Below, one piece after another: positions 48,777 to 58,640 of a DNA stretch of 64,000 bases. Where the stretch lies: positions 1,797 through 65,796 of the forward strand of contig JAWXCB010000125.1 in the NCBI GenBank assembly GCA_034440455.1, in the 5' to 3' direction. The translations under genes were made by a program, and so were the position numbers. Under the pieces are notes generated by a model that did no database searches, had not been told where the DNA came from, and saw only the letters and a program-made list of their open reading frames with translations. The stretch comes from Chitinophagales bacterium. Its GTDB lineage: Bacteria; Bacteroidota; Bacteroidia; Chitinophagales; CAIOSU01. Position 1 is the stretch's first letter. The number at the start of each line of letters is the position of its first letter.

Positions 48777-49028
48777 ATGAATACCCGTATTGAAAACAGA
48801 AAACTCCGGTTTGTCCAAAACTTTCTGCGCGTAGGCGATGAAGAACTGATTAATAAGTTTGAAGAACTGCTTCGCAAGGAACAACTCAGGCTTATTGAGC
48901 GGGAACTCAAAACGCCATTATCAAAAAAAGCCTTTAACGAAATAATTGACCAAGCTGAAGAGGATAACCGCAACGGCAGGCTTACGTCTGCAAAAAGCCT
49001 GAGAAAAAAAATCCGTTCGTGGAAATGA
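48777..49028 (+). CDS. Putative antitoxin
   Basis: 83 aa, overlapping the downstream RelE/ParE gene; ...AEEDNRNGRL...SW ending. Confidence 0.7.
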   Translation: MNTRIENRKLRFVQNFLRVGDEELINKFEELLRKEQLRLIERELKTPLSKKAFNEIIDQAEEDNRNGRLTSAKSLRKKIRSWK

Positions 49029-49330
49029 GGGTCTTATGGACCGATACGGCAATAAGTCAGCTTGAGCAGATATTCTTTTATTACGCGCACAAGGCAAGTC
49101 CCGAAACAGCGATACGCATAACTCAGCGTATAGTTGATAAAACATTGATTCTCGGCTCCTTTTCAAGAATTGGGCAACGAGAAAATGATTTGATGCACAG
49201 AGCGCAGGAGTATCGCTACCTCGTTGAAGGTAATTACAAAATCATCTACTGGGTTGAAACGAGGTTTGTGAAAATTGCGAGTGTTTTCGATTGCCGCCAA
49301 AATCCTGAAAAAATATCCGTTATTGCGTAA
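49019..49330 (+). CDS. RelE/ParE family toxin
   Basis: MRVLWTDTA...L..I..Y...YRYLVEGNYKIIY...VFDCRQNP. Confidence 0.9.
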   Translation: MEMRVLWTDTAISQLEQIFFYYAHKASPETAIRITQRIVDKTLILGSFSRIGQRENDLMHRAQEYRYLVEGNYKIIYWVETRFVKIASVFDCRQNPEKISVIA

Positions 49331-49383
49331 TGCGCACTTGAATTCCCTTTTCAAAATTTAATTTTATCCCAAACTGAAATCGT

Positions 49384-51498
49384 TTGAATCCCCTCCTCGA
49401 CCGTCCCATTGAATATGTGAAAGGCGTAGGTCCTTTGCGTGGCGACTTGCTGAAAAAAGAGTTGTTCATCTTCAAAGTGGAAGACCTGCTCAATCATTAT
49501 CCCTTCCGCTATGTTGACCGCTCAAAGATTTCGCTCATCAAAGAAATTAAAGGTGATGAGCAATATGTGCAGGTGAAGGGTAAACTCACCTATTCCGAAG
49601 ATGTAGGACAGAAATTTGCAAAGCGGCTCGTTGCGTATTTAAGAGACGAGTCGGGGCAAATCGAACTCGTGTGGTTCCAAGGCGCGAAGTGGGTGGCGAA
49701 TAAATTGGTGGTGGGCATGGAATATCTGGTGTATGGCAAGCCTTCTTTTTTCAATGGTAAGCTCAATATCGTGCATCCCGAAATTGAATTAATTGCAAAA
49801 GTAGAGTCGCAAAATTTTGCGTCTGTTGGCTTGCAACCCGTTTATCCCAGCACGGAGAAGCTCAAATCAAAAGGGTTGGATAGCAAAGGGATTTTGAAGT
49901 TGGTGTGGCAGGTAATGGAGGAATTGCAGGAAAAATATCTGCCAGAAAATCTCCCGGCATCTATCATCAATAAATACCGTTTCATTTCCCATTATGAAGC
50001 GGTGAAAAATATTCATCAGCCCGACAATGACAGGCTGCGCGAGAATGCGGTTGCCCGTTTGAAATTTGAAGAATTGTTTCTCTCGCAGGTGCGCATCCTG
50101 CAACTGAAAGTCGGGCGCAAAGAACATGCGCAGGGATTTATTTTCACCAACATCGCTAACATTTTCAACACGTTTTATCATCAGCATTTAAAATTTCAAC
50201 TTACTGGTGCGCAAAAGCGGGTACTGAAAGAAATCAGGCACGATGTGCTTGCGGGTAAACAAATGAACCGCTTGTTGCAAGGCGATGTGGGCAGTGGAAA
50301 AACCATCGTAGCGCTCATGACAATGCTGATGGCGCTCGACAACGGCTATCAAACTTGTCTGATGGCTCCTACTGAAATCCTCGCGCAGCAGCATTTTCGC
50401 AACATCAAAAACTTGCTTGTCGGTTTAAATGTAAAAGTTGAAATGCTCACGGGTTCGGTGAAAGGAAAATTGCGCAAGCAAATCCTCAGTGAGCTTTCCA
50501 CCGGAACAATCAACATCGTTGTGGGCACACACGCATTGATTGAAGGCGATGTGCAGTTCAGCAATCTCGGACTTGTAGTGATTGACGAGCAGCATCGCTT
50601 TGGCGTGGCGCAACGCGCAGCGTTGTGGGAGAAAAACGAACACCCGCCACACGTACTCGTGATGACGGCAACTCCCATTCCCCGCACACTTGCTATGACT
50701 GTTTATGGCGATTTGGATGTGTCGGTGATTGACGAACTGCCACCCGGCAGAAAGCCAATTAAAACCATGCACTACTTCGATTCAAAGCGGCTGGCAATGT
50801 TCGGCTTTTTGAAAAATGAAATCGAAAAAGGGCGGCAGATTTACATCGTGTATCCGTTGATTGAAGAATCAGAGAAAGTGGATTTGAAAAATCTGATGGA
50901 TGGATACGAAAGTATTGCGCGTGAATTCCCAATACCGAAATATCGTGTGAGCGTATTGCACGGAAAAATGAAACCGGAGAATAAAGAAATAGAGATGCAA
51001 CGATTCATAAAAGGCGAAACGCATATCATGGTTTCAACCACTGTGATTGAAGTAGGCGTGGATGTGCCGAATGCTTCCGTAATGGTGATTGAAAATGCAG
51101 AACGGTTCGGGCTTTCGCAACTGCATCAACTGCGCGGGCGAGTTGGAAGAGGCGCTGACCAGTCGTATTGTATTTTGATGAGTGATTTTAAAATTTCACA
51201 GGAAGGTAGAACACGCTTGCAAACGATGGTGCGCACCAACGATGGGTTTGAAATTGCCGAAGTGGATTTGAAGATGCGCGGACCGGGAGATTTGGAAGGC
51301 ACACAGCAAAGCGGAGTGATGGATTTTAAAGTGGCGGATATTGTGCGCGATGCAAATATTCTGAAAGAAGCGCGTTATGCTGCGCAGGAATTATTGAATG
51401 ATGATGCGCATTTGGAAAAACCGGAGAACAGCGCGCTGAAAAGATTTTTATCCTCAAATAAAACTGTTTCAAAAAAACAGTGGAGTAGGATTTCTTAG
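49384..51498 (+). CDS. recG: ATP-dependent DNA helicase RecG
   Basis: QGDVGSGKT, DEQHRFGV, MTATPIPRT, QLRGRVGRG and DLKMRGPG motifs. Confidence 0.99.
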   Translation: MNPLLDRPIEYVKGVGPLRGDLLKKELFIFKVEDLLNHYPFRYVDRSKISLIKEIKGDEQYVQVKGKLTYSEDVGQKFAKRLVAYLRDESGQIELVWFQGAKWVANKLVVGMEYLVYGKPSFFNGKLNIVHPEIELIAKVESQNFASVGLQPVYPSTEKLKSKGLDSKGILKLVWQVMEELQEKYLPENLPASIINKYRFISHYEAVKNIHQPDNDRLRENAVARLKFEELFLSQVRILQLKVGRKEHAQGFIFTNIANIFNTFYHQHLKFQLTGAQKRVLKEIRHDVLAGKQMNRLLQGDVGSGKTIVALMTMLMALDNGYQTCLMAPTEILAQQHFRNIKNLLVGLNVKVEMLTGSVKGKLRKQILSELSTGTINIVVGTHALIEGDVQFSNLGLVVIDEQHRFGVAQRAALWEKNEHPPHVLVMTATPIPRTLAMTVYGDLDVSVIDELPPGRKPIKTMHYFDSKRLAMFGFLKNEIEKGRQIYIVYPLIEESEKVDLKNLMDGYESIAREFPIPKYRVSVLHGKMKPENKEIEMQRFIKGETHIMVSTTVIEVGVDVPNASVMVIENAERFGLSQLHQLRGRVGRGADQSYCILMSDFKISQEGRTRLQTMVRTNDGFEIAEVDLKMRGPGDLEGTQQSGVMDFKVADIVRDANILKEARYAAQELLNDDAHLEKPENSALKRFLSSNKTVSKKQWSRIS
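49801..49824. repeat. GTAG-REP-like palindrome inside recG
   Basis: gtagagtcgcaaaattttgcgtct. An intergenic half copy gtagagacgcaaaattt begins at about 51697. Confidence 0.65.
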
Positions 51499-51500
51499 AA

Positions 51501-51662
51501 TTACTTGGGCATTCCTAACCCGCTGCTCGTCTTGCTTCTTTTTCCACCGCTGTATTTATCGCTGCTGGAGCTGTTGTCATATGTGGGGCAGGTAGAATGA
51601 CTGCATGCGGCAAACAAGAGCAGGGAAGTTATGAATACGGAGAAGAGGAAATTCTTTTTCAT
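51501..51662 (-). CDS. Small lipoprotein (53 aa)
   Basis: Not in the ORF track: MKKNFLFSVFITSLLLFAACSHSTCPTYDNSSSSDKYSGGKRSKTSSGLGMPK, with lipobox FAAC and a CPTY motif. Confidence 0.7.
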   Translation of the reverse strand: MKKNFLFSVFITSLLLFAACSHSTCPTYDNSSSSDKYSGGKRSKTSSGLGMPK

Positions 51663-51849
51663 CGAAAAGAAATTTGTTTTTCAAAGATAACGAATGTAGA
51701 GACGCAAAATTTCACCGCAAAACGGAAGTAATGAAGCGATGCGGGTTGGCTTCTCTCCGCCTTAGGCGGAAGACAACGAGGGGTAAATCCTGAATAGCAA
51801 TACCCCTTTGTATTTCCCCTAAAAGGGGAAACGCCTGCGCTCGTTACCT

Positions 51850-52539
51850 CTACACATGCGCATCACGCGCGAAAATCCGCAGCAGCAAATAAATCACTCC
51901 GGTGATAAGCACCAGCACCGCGCTCGCCAAGTGTGGATGAATTTTCAGCGCTAAACTCTCCACGCGCTTCACGACCGCTTCTTTCAGCACATAAAACAGG
52001 GTAATCATAATAGACAGCGCGATGCCCATGCCGACAATATAAATCAGGATGTAAAAAATTGCATTGTGAAAATTGTTCACTGCGCCTGAGAGTAAAATCG
52101 GAGCGATTACTGTCGGGCAGGGAAGCAAGCCGCCAATCGCACCTACAACCGCAGATTTGCCAAGACTGCCAATTTTTTTAGGCGTTGCTTCATGCGCATC
52201 GGAATGGCTGTGAAAGAGACCGTGTTCTTCGTGGCTATGACGATGTGCGAGGAGGAGATAAATTCCAAAGCCGAGAATCAAAATGGGTCCTGCCCATGAA
52301 AGGATTTCACTCGCCTGCTGCGTGATTTCTGAAGAAAACACAAAGCGCATGAGCAACGCAATGATGATGAGCAGCAGAAAATGGGAAATCAGCAAACTGA
52401 ACGTGAGCGTAACGATATGGCGCATCGTCAGTTTTTCCCCAACCAAATAAGCGGCAATGAAGGATTTTCCGTGCCCGGGTTCCAGCGCGTGTAATGCGCC
52501 AAGCAGAAGCGTTGAACCGTAAGCAAGAAAAGTATTCAC
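51850..52539 (-). CDS. Ni/Co transporter or efflux protein (RcnA/HoxN-like)
   Basis: LGALHALEPGHGKS, a His-rich loop HRHSHEEHGLFHSHSDAH, and GGLLPCP. GTG start at 52539. Confidence 0.85.
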   Translation of the reverse strand: MNTFLAYGSTLLLGALHALEPGHGKSFIAAYLVGEKLTMRHIVTLTFSLLISHFLLLIIIALLMRFVFSSEITQQASEILSWAGPILILGFGIYLLLAHRHSHEEHGLFHSHSDAHEATPKKIGSLGKSAVVGAIGGLLPCPTVIAPILLSGAVNNFHNAIFYILIYIVGMGIALSIMITLFYVLKEAVVKRVESLALKIHPHLASAVLVLITGVIYLLLRIFARDAHV

Positions 52540-52600
52540 GTTTTTTTTAAAGGAGCGTAAAATTAATAGAAAGACTTGTGCGGGAATTATCTTTGTAACC

Positions 52601-53665
52601 ATGAAGGCAAAGAAGAAGTTGCATAACATTTACGAGGGGAAGGAACTGAAAAAGAAAATGAGCGAAAGCGCGGAGAAAAGAACCACAATTTCTTTTTACA
52701 AATACGCGCATATTCTGAATCCGGCTGAATTGCGCGATAAGTTGTTTCTTGAATGGTTGGAACTGGGCGTGCTGGGCAGAGTAAACCTTGCAAAAGAAGG
52801 CATCAACGCCCAAATCAGCGTTCCTGCAAATCAAGTTGAAGCATTCAAGCAGCAGTTAGATTCGATTGATTTTCTGAAAAACGTGCGCATGAATTTTGCT
52901 GTGGAGGATGACGGCAAATCTTTTTTTAAGTTGAAAATTAAAGTGCGCGATAAAATTCTTGCTGACGGATTGAATGACGAAACCTTTGACGTGACGAATG
53001 TGGGTAAGCATCTGAAAGCCGAGGAGTTTAATGCGCTTACCGATAAGCCCGATACGATTCTGATTGACATGCGCAACCATTATGAAAGTGAAGTGGGGCA
53101 TTTTGAAAACGCGATTCTGCCCGATGCAGACACCTTTCGCGATGAGCTGAATATCGTGGAGGAAATGCTGAAAGGCAAAGAGGAAAAGAATGTTGTGATG
53201 TATTGCACGGGCGGCATCCGCTGTGAAAAGGCGAGCGCGTATTTTAAACACAAAGGATTTATCAATGTACACCAGTTGGAAGGAGGCATCATAAAATATG
53301 CGCGCGATGTGAAAGCTGAGGGATTAAAAAATAAATTCAAGGGGAAAAATTTCGTGTTTGATGAACGATTAGGTGAACGTATTTCAGATGAAATCATCAG
53401 CCGCTGTCACCAATGCGGCAACACCAGCGACCGCCACACCAACTGTGTGAACGAAGGCTGCCACCTGCTTTTCATCCAATGTGAGACCTGTGCTGCAACA
53501 TTTGAAAATTGCTGCTCTGATGATTGCAGGGAGTTTATTCACCTGCCCGAAGAAGAGCAGAAGGAAAAACGAAAAGGCGTGAAGAAGGAGCGGAATGTGT
53601 ATCGGAAGGGACGGGGTTCACGCAAAGACGCAGAGGCGCAAAGGTCAGAAACGGAAGCTCACTGA
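52601..53665 (+). CDS. trhO: Rhodanese-domain tRNA uridine(34) hydroxylase (UPF0176)
   Basis: EGINAQ, DMRNHYESEVGHF, MYCTGGIRCEKAS, LEGGII.Y and FVFDER motifs. Confidence 0.9.
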   Translation: MKAKKKLHNIYEGKELKKKMSESAEKRTTISFYKYAHILNPAELRDKLFLEWLELGVLGRVNLAKEGINAQISVPANQVEAFKQQLDSIDFLKNVRMNFAVEDDGKSFFKLKIKVRDKILADGLNDETFDVTNVGKHLKAEEFNALTDKPDTILIDMRNHYESEVGHFENAILPDADTFRDELNIVEEMLKGKEEKNVVMYCTGGIRCEKASAYFKHKGFINVHQLEGGIIKYARDVKAEGLKNKFKGKNFVFDERLGERISDEIISRCHQCGNTSDRHTNCVNEGCHLLFIQCETCAATFENCCSDDCREFIHLPEEEQKEKRKGVKKERNVYRKGRGSRKDAEAQRSETEAH

Positions 53666-54513
53666 GAAATCAGGAAAGAACGCTCCACCCACAACAGTGA
53701 AGCCTCTCTGATGTTCTGTTTCTGCATAAGAATCTGAAAATCGGAAAGGAAAGTAGCCTACTAAATCAATGATTAGAGAGCCGTTTAATGACCATCGTTT
53801 GGTCAAATCAATATTCAAACCGACAACCGGAGTAATACCCACTACAAAAGACAGCGCGTTGTAAGTATAATCTGTCATTGACAGATATTCATATTTCGGT
53901 GTTAGATTTTGCTCTATCCCGGAACTGTCAATGTGTTGTTTTGCGGTATAAATTTCATTTCTCTCGTTTACTTCCCACTTCTCAATGCCAAGAAGCAAAT
54001 CAAAACCCAGTACAAATTTTAATCTTCTTTTACCGAACCTATGCTCAAGTCCGGCTCGCAATGTTTGCCATCTGCTTAATTCGCTGACATTGGCTTCTGT
54101 GGTTTTCAAAAGAATGCTATCACCCGTCAATACCTGATAACCGAGATGTTGTATTCTCTCATAAGAATTAATTACCGAAGTCAGACGATAGCCAACTCGA
54201 AGCGTACTCCTCTTGCTGAAAAAACGCTTGTATGTTATTCCAAAACTCTCGGTTTCGCCAATATTAGAGGCAAGCAATCCGACAATCACCGGACTCACAT
54301 CCAGCGAGATTTCATTTTTATAGTAAAGAGAATCCCATGGAAAAAATGTTCGCTCTTTATTTCTCTGAGCAAATGAAAGATGGGAAGTAATTATGAGCGA
54401 AGTGAGAAGAAATACAGTCTTCATCGGTTAGGCACGAAAAACGACCAGCCAGAAATTATATTGTGGATTTCACGCAAAGATGAATTTCTCTGCGCCTTTG
54501 CGTTTCTGCGAGA
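53617..54513. mobile_element. CGCAGAG/CGCAAAG repeat element carrying a cargo gene
   Basis: Arms at 53617-53643 and 54488-54513 match the empty element at 45909-45985 in reverse orientation. ttcacgcaaaga is duplicated at 53617 and 54469. Confidence 0.55.
53645..54424 (-). CDS. Outer-membrane beta-barrel-like hypothetical protein
   Basis: Signal peptide, amphipathic strands (GITYKR, LRAGLEHR, GITPVVG) and C-terminal SVSFRF. Confidence 0.75.
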   Translation of the reverse strand: MKTVFLLTSLIITSHLSFAQRNKERTFFPWDSLYYKNEISLDVSPVIVGLLASNIGETESFGITYKRFFSKRSTLRVGYRLTSVINSYERIQHLGYQVLTGDSILLKTTEANVSELSRWQTLRAGLEHRFGKRRLKFVLGFDLLLGIEKWEVNERNEIYTAKQHIDSSGIEQNLTPKYEYLSMTDYTYNALSFVVGITPVVGLNIDLTKRWSLNGSLIIDLVGYFPFRFSDSYAETEHQRGFTVVGGAFFPDFSVSFRF

Positions 54514-54519
54514 ACCAAA

Positions 54520-57207
54520 TCAATATGCCAGCCACGCACTTAACCATCGCTCCACCTCCTCCACTTTCATCTTTTTTCGCGAAGCATAATCTTCCACCTG
54601 GTCTTTCAGAATTTTTCCGACACCGAAATATTTTGATTCGGGATGCGAGAAATACCACCCGCTCACGGAAGCAGCAGGATACATCGCAAGGCTTTCAGTA
54701 AGTTGGATGCCGGAATTTTTTTCTGCATCAAGCAGATTAAACAAAGTGGTTTTTTCGGTGTGGTCAGGACACGCAGGATAGCCGGGCGCAGGGCGAATGC
54801 CCTGATATTTTTCCGAAATCAAATCATCACTCTCCAGCTTTTCATCCGTTACGTAGCCCCAAAATTCTTTGCGCACACGCTCGTGCATCCGCTCGGCAAA
54901 CGCTTCGGCAAGACGGTCGGCAATAGCTTTCAGCATGATGCTGTTGTAATCGTCATGCTCCTTCTCAAACTTTTTCGTCCACTGTTCAATACCGACTCCC
55001 GCTGTAACCGCAAACGCTCCGATATAATCTTTGATGCCCGTTTCTTTTGGCGCAATAAAATCGCTCAGTGAAATGTTCGGCTGACTTGCTGTTTTCTTAT
55101 TCTGTTGTCGCAGATGATGCAATGTGGTGAGTACCTCTCTGCGCGAATCATCTTTATACAGTTCGACATCATCGCCAACAGCATTCGCAGGAAAAAATCC
55201 AATCACTGCATTTGCCGTCAGCATCTTGTTCTGAAAAACTTTATCCAGCAATGCCCGCGCATCGGTGAGGAGTTTTATTGCTTCCTTTCCAACAACACTA
55301 TCCTTCAAAATGTCAGGATATTTTCCGCGCATCTCCCACGTGGCAAAGAAAGGAGTCCAGTCAATATACTCGCTCAACTCAGCGAGCGAATAATTCTGGA
55401 AAGATTTTATTCCAAGAAAAGCAGGCTTTGCAATTTTTGTTTTGCTCCATTCAATCTGAAATTTATTCTTCCGCGCATCCTCAATCGAAATCAGTTCCTT
55501 ACTTAGATTTTTGCTATGATGCCGCTCGCGGATTCCGATATATTCTTCTTTCACCGCTTTCACGAACGCATCTTTCTTTCTCCCCAACAAATTTTCAACC
55601 ACCGTTACCGAGCGCGAAGCATCAAGCACATGTACTGTCTGCCCTTTCTTGTAGTGCTGCTCAATCTTCACTGCGGTGTGAATTTTCGAGGTGGTAGCAC
55701 CGCCAATCAGCAGCGGCAAGTCAAATCCTTCGCGCTCCATTTCTTTTGCGACATGCACCATTTCCTCCAATGACGGAGTAATCAGTCCGCTCAAACCAAT
55801 CACGTCCACGTTCTCTCTTTTCGCTGCTTCAAGAATTTTTTCGCAAGGCACCATCACGCCCAAATCAACAATCTCATAATTATTGCAGCCAAGCACCACG
55901 CCAACGATATTTTTTCCGATGTCATGCACATCGCCTTTCACCGTTGCCATCAACACCTTTCCTGCAAAAGATTTTTTACCTGATTTTTCCGCCTCAATAA
56001 ATGGCGTGAGATAGGCAACAGCCTTTTTCATCACGCGTGCGCTCTTCACCACCTGCGGCAAAAACATTTTTCCGCTGCTAAACAAATCACCCACCACGTT
56101 CATGCCATCCATCAGCGGACCTTCAATCACTTGCAAGGGACGCGCGAATTCTTTCCGCGCTTCTTCGGTGTCGGCTTCTACATAATCAGCAATGCCTTCC
56201 ACCAATGCGTGAATGAGCCGTTCCTTAGCCGGTTTGTTACGCCATTCAAGATTGCGCACCTGCTTCATTCCATCGCCCTTCACTGTTTCAGCAAATTCAA
56301 GCAGGCGTTCGGTTGCGTCTTTTCTTCTGTTTAATAAAACATCTTCCACGCGCTCCAATAAATCTTTCGGAATGTTGTCATACACTTCCAACTGGCTCGG
56401 ATTCACAATACCCATATCCATGCCCGCTTTGATGGCGTGATAAAGAAACGCGGAGTGCATCGCTTCACGCACATGGTCATTCCCGCGAAATGAAAACGAC
56501 ACATTGCTTACGCCACCGCTCACATGCACACCGGGGAGATTTTCTTTAATCCATTTTGTGGCGCGGAAAAAATCAACTGCATAGTTGTTGTGCTCTTCAA
56601 TGCCTGTTGCGACTGGAAAAATATTCGGGTCGAAAATGATGTCTTCGGGCGGGAATCCGACTTTCTTCGTGAGAATATCATAGCAGCGTTTGCAGATTTC
56701 TATTCTGCGCTCATAAGAATCTGCCTGTCCTTTTTCATCAAACGCCATCACAATCGCTGCAGCGCCATACATCCGCACTTTCTTCGCGTGGCGGATAAAC
56801 TCCTCCTCACCTGATTTCATGCTGATGGAATTGACCACCGCTTTTCCCTGCACACACTTCAATCCTTCTTCGATGATTTCCCAATTGGAAGAGTCAATCA
56901 TAATCGGAATGCGCGAAATCTCAGGCTCAGAAGCGATGAGTTGCAGAAATCGCACCATCGCTTTTTTGCCGTCAATCATCCCTTCATCAAGATTCACATC
57001 AAGAATCTGCGCGCCACCACGCACCTGGTCAAGCGCGACTGACAGGGCTTCTTCGTATTTATCTTCTTTGATTAAGCGAAGAAATTTCTTTGACCCCGTA
57101 ACATTGGTGCGTTCACCAACATTGATAAAGTTCGTCAACGGAGTGACTACGAGTGGTTCCAGTCCGCTTAATTTCAATTGTCCGATATGTCCGTTTTGTT
57201 GATTCAT
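54520..57207 (-). CDS. metH: B12-dependent methionine synthase: pterin, cobalamin and activation domains
   Basis: [34 protein letters not shown] and [14 protein letters not shown] motifs. Confidence 0.98.
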   Translation of the reverse strand: MNQQNGHIGQLKLSGLEPLVVTPLTNFINVGERTNVTGSKKFLRLIKEDKYEEALSVALDQVRGGAQILDVNLDEGMIDGKKAMVRFLQLIASEPEISRIPIMIDSSNWEIIEEGLKCVQGKAVVNSISMKSGEEEFIRHAKKVRMYGAAAIVMAFDEKGQADSYERRIEICKRCYDILTKKVGFPPEDIIFDPNIFPVATGIEEHNNYAVDFFRATKWIKENLPGVHVSGGVSNVSFSFRGNDHVREAMHSAFLYHAIKAGMDMGIVNPSQLEVYDNIPKDLLERVEDVLLNRRKDATERLLEFAETVKGDGMKQVRNLEWRNKPAKERLIHALVEGIADYVEADTEEARKEFARPLQVIEGPLMDGMNVVGDLFSSGKMFLPQVVKSARVMKKAVAYLTPFIEAEKSGKKSFAGKVLMATVKGDVHDIGKNIVGVVLGCNNYEIVDLGVMVPCEKILEAAKRENVDVIGLSGLITPSLEEMVHVAKEMEREGFDLPLLIGGATTSKIHTAVKIEQHYKKGQTVHVLDASRSVTVVENLLGRKKDAFVKAVKEEYIGIRERHHSKNLSKELISIEDARKNKFQIEWSKTKIAKPAFLGIKSFQNYSLAELSEYIDWTPFFATWEMRGKYPDILKDSVVGKEAIKLLTDARALLDKVFQNKMLTANAVIGFFPANAVGDDVELYKDDSRREVLTTLHHLRQQNKKTASQPNISLSDFIAPKETGIKDYIGAFAVTAGVGIEQWTKKFEKEHDDYNSIMLKAIADRLAEAFAERMHERVRKEFWGYVTDEKLESDDLISEKYQGIRPAPGYPACPDHTEKTTLFNLLDAEKNSGIQLTESLAMYPAASVSGWYFSHPESKYFGVGKILKDQVEDYASRKKMKVEEVERWLSAWLAY

Positions 57208-58229
57208 GTAATTTCTACAATCTGTTCTTCCTGTACTTTTCTTGGGGAATACTTTGCAGCGATTTCAGCTATCTTCTTTATGTGCGCAGGCGTTGTGCCA
57301 CAGCAACCACCAATCACATTAATCAAGCCTTCTTTCAAAAACTCCTCAATTTGTTTCCCCATCATTTCAGGAGTTTCATCATACTCGCCAAATTCGTTGG
57401 GCAAGCCTGCATTCGGATGCGCACTTACAAAAAATGGAGATTCTTTCGCCATCACCTGTAAGTAAGGACGCAACTGCTTTGCTCCCAACGCGCAGTTTAA
57501 TCCAACGCTTAAAATCGGTGCATGTGACATGGAAATCAAAAACGCTTCTGTTGTTTGTCCCGAAAGTGTTCTGCCGCTGGCATCGGTGATGGTTCCTGAA
57601 ACCATGATGGGAACTTCTTTCCCTGTTTCTTCAAAATATTCCAGAATTGCAAACAGCGCAACCTTCGCATTGAGCGTATCGAAAATAGTTTCGACAAATA
57701 AAATATCCGCGCCTCCGTCTATCAATCCTTTTACTTGTTCCTTATAAGCTACCTTCAACTCATCAAACGTAATGTTGCGAAAAGCGGGGTCATTCACATC
57801 GGGCGAAATCGAGAGCGTGCGGTTTGTAGGACCAATCGAGCCGGCAACAAATCGGGGCTTGTCAGGATTTTTCGCAGTGAATTCATCCGCCACTTTCTTC
57901 GCAATTTTTGCCGCCTGCACATTCAGTTCATACACGATAGATTCTAAATGATAATCAGCTTGCGAAACGGTGGTGGAGTTGAACGTATTCGTTTCCAAAA
58001 TGTCCGCGCCTGCTTCAAGGTATTTGCTATGAATCTCTTTGATAATATCAGGACGTGTGATGCACAGTAAATCGTTATCGCCTTTCAGCGAATGCAGATG
58101 ATTCTTAAAGCGCTCTCCACGAAAGTCTTCTTCCTGAAGATTGTAACCCTGAATCATTGTACCCATCGCGCCATCCAAAATGAGGATGCGCTTTTCAAGA
58201 ATATTTTTCAGTTGTTGTGTTGTTGTCAT
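57204..58229 (-). CDS. Methionine synthase homocysteine-binding domain (split metH N-terminal part)
   Basis: [30 protein letters not shown] and GGCCGTTP motifs. Confidence 0.96.
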   Translation of the reverse strand: MTTTQQLKNILEKRILILDGAMGTMIQGYNLQEEDFRGERFKNHLHSLKGDNDLLCITRPDIIKEIHSKYLEAGADILETNTFNSTTVSQADYHLESIVYELNVQAAKIAKKVADEFTAKNPDKPRFVAGSIGPTNRTLSISPDVNDPAFRNITFDELKVAYKEQVKGLIDGGADILFVETIFDTLNAKVALFAILEYFEETGKEVPIMVSGTITDASGRTLSGQTTEAFLISMSHAPILSVGLNCALGAKQLRPYLQVMAKESPFFVSAHPNAGLPNEFGEYDETPEMMGKQIEEFLKEGLINVIGGCCGTTPAHIKKIAEIAAKYSPRKVQEEQIVEIT

Positions 58230-58250
58230 ACCCTATTAATTAAAATACAA

Positions 58251-58360
58251 GCCTCACCTCCGCCTCCTCTCCAAAGGAGAGGAGTGTCCAAACTGTTTCC
58301 CATTTCCGAGCGATAAAGCCCGGACTCCCTTTTCCTTTTGGAGAAGGGGCGGGATGAGGC
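58251..58360. repeat. Inverted pair of CTCTCC/GGAGAG elements in the metH leader
   Basis: gcctcacctccgcctcctctccaaaggagaggagt ... actcccttttccttttggagaaggggcgggatgaggc. Confidence 0.8.
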
Positions 58361-58361
58361 T

Positions 58362-58402
58362 AAAAAAAAATCCCTTTCCGATTTAGCCAGAAAGGGATTT
58401 TA
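58362..58402 (-). terminator. Riboswitch-controlled intrinsic terminator
   Basis: Minus strand aaaatccctttc-tggctaaatcg-gaaagggattttttttt. Confidence 0.85.
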
Positions 58403-58433
58403 TCTTGTGTTTTTAGTCTAAAATCTGTTTCTA

Positions 58434-58543
58434 ACTTATCTTTTGGAAGTGGCACCTTCTTGAACAGGAGAACTCAACTTTATACTGTTAAATGGGTTGC
58501 CAAGACGTCATGGGGCCAAGTCCCTCGGTCTTTCTGGATAAAT
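58434..58543 (-). ncRNA. SAM-I riboswitch
   Basis: Minus strand TTATCCAGAAAGACCGAGGGACTTGGCCCCATGACGTCTTGGCAACC...GGTGCCACTTCCAAAAGATAAG, upstream of the metH genes. Confidence 0.93.
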
Positions 58544-58640
58544 CAGGAATTAAAAGAACTGCGCACAAAACTAAACGGATTGGACTTGAATTCCAAAATG
58601 GCTTGTAATCGTGCGGACTACAAAACCAAATAAATACAGA

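Noticed and set aside
54520-58229. Split metH as a pseudogene or novelty
   Set aside because: A two-gene MetH with overlapping stop/start is common in Bacteroidota, and both parts are intact.
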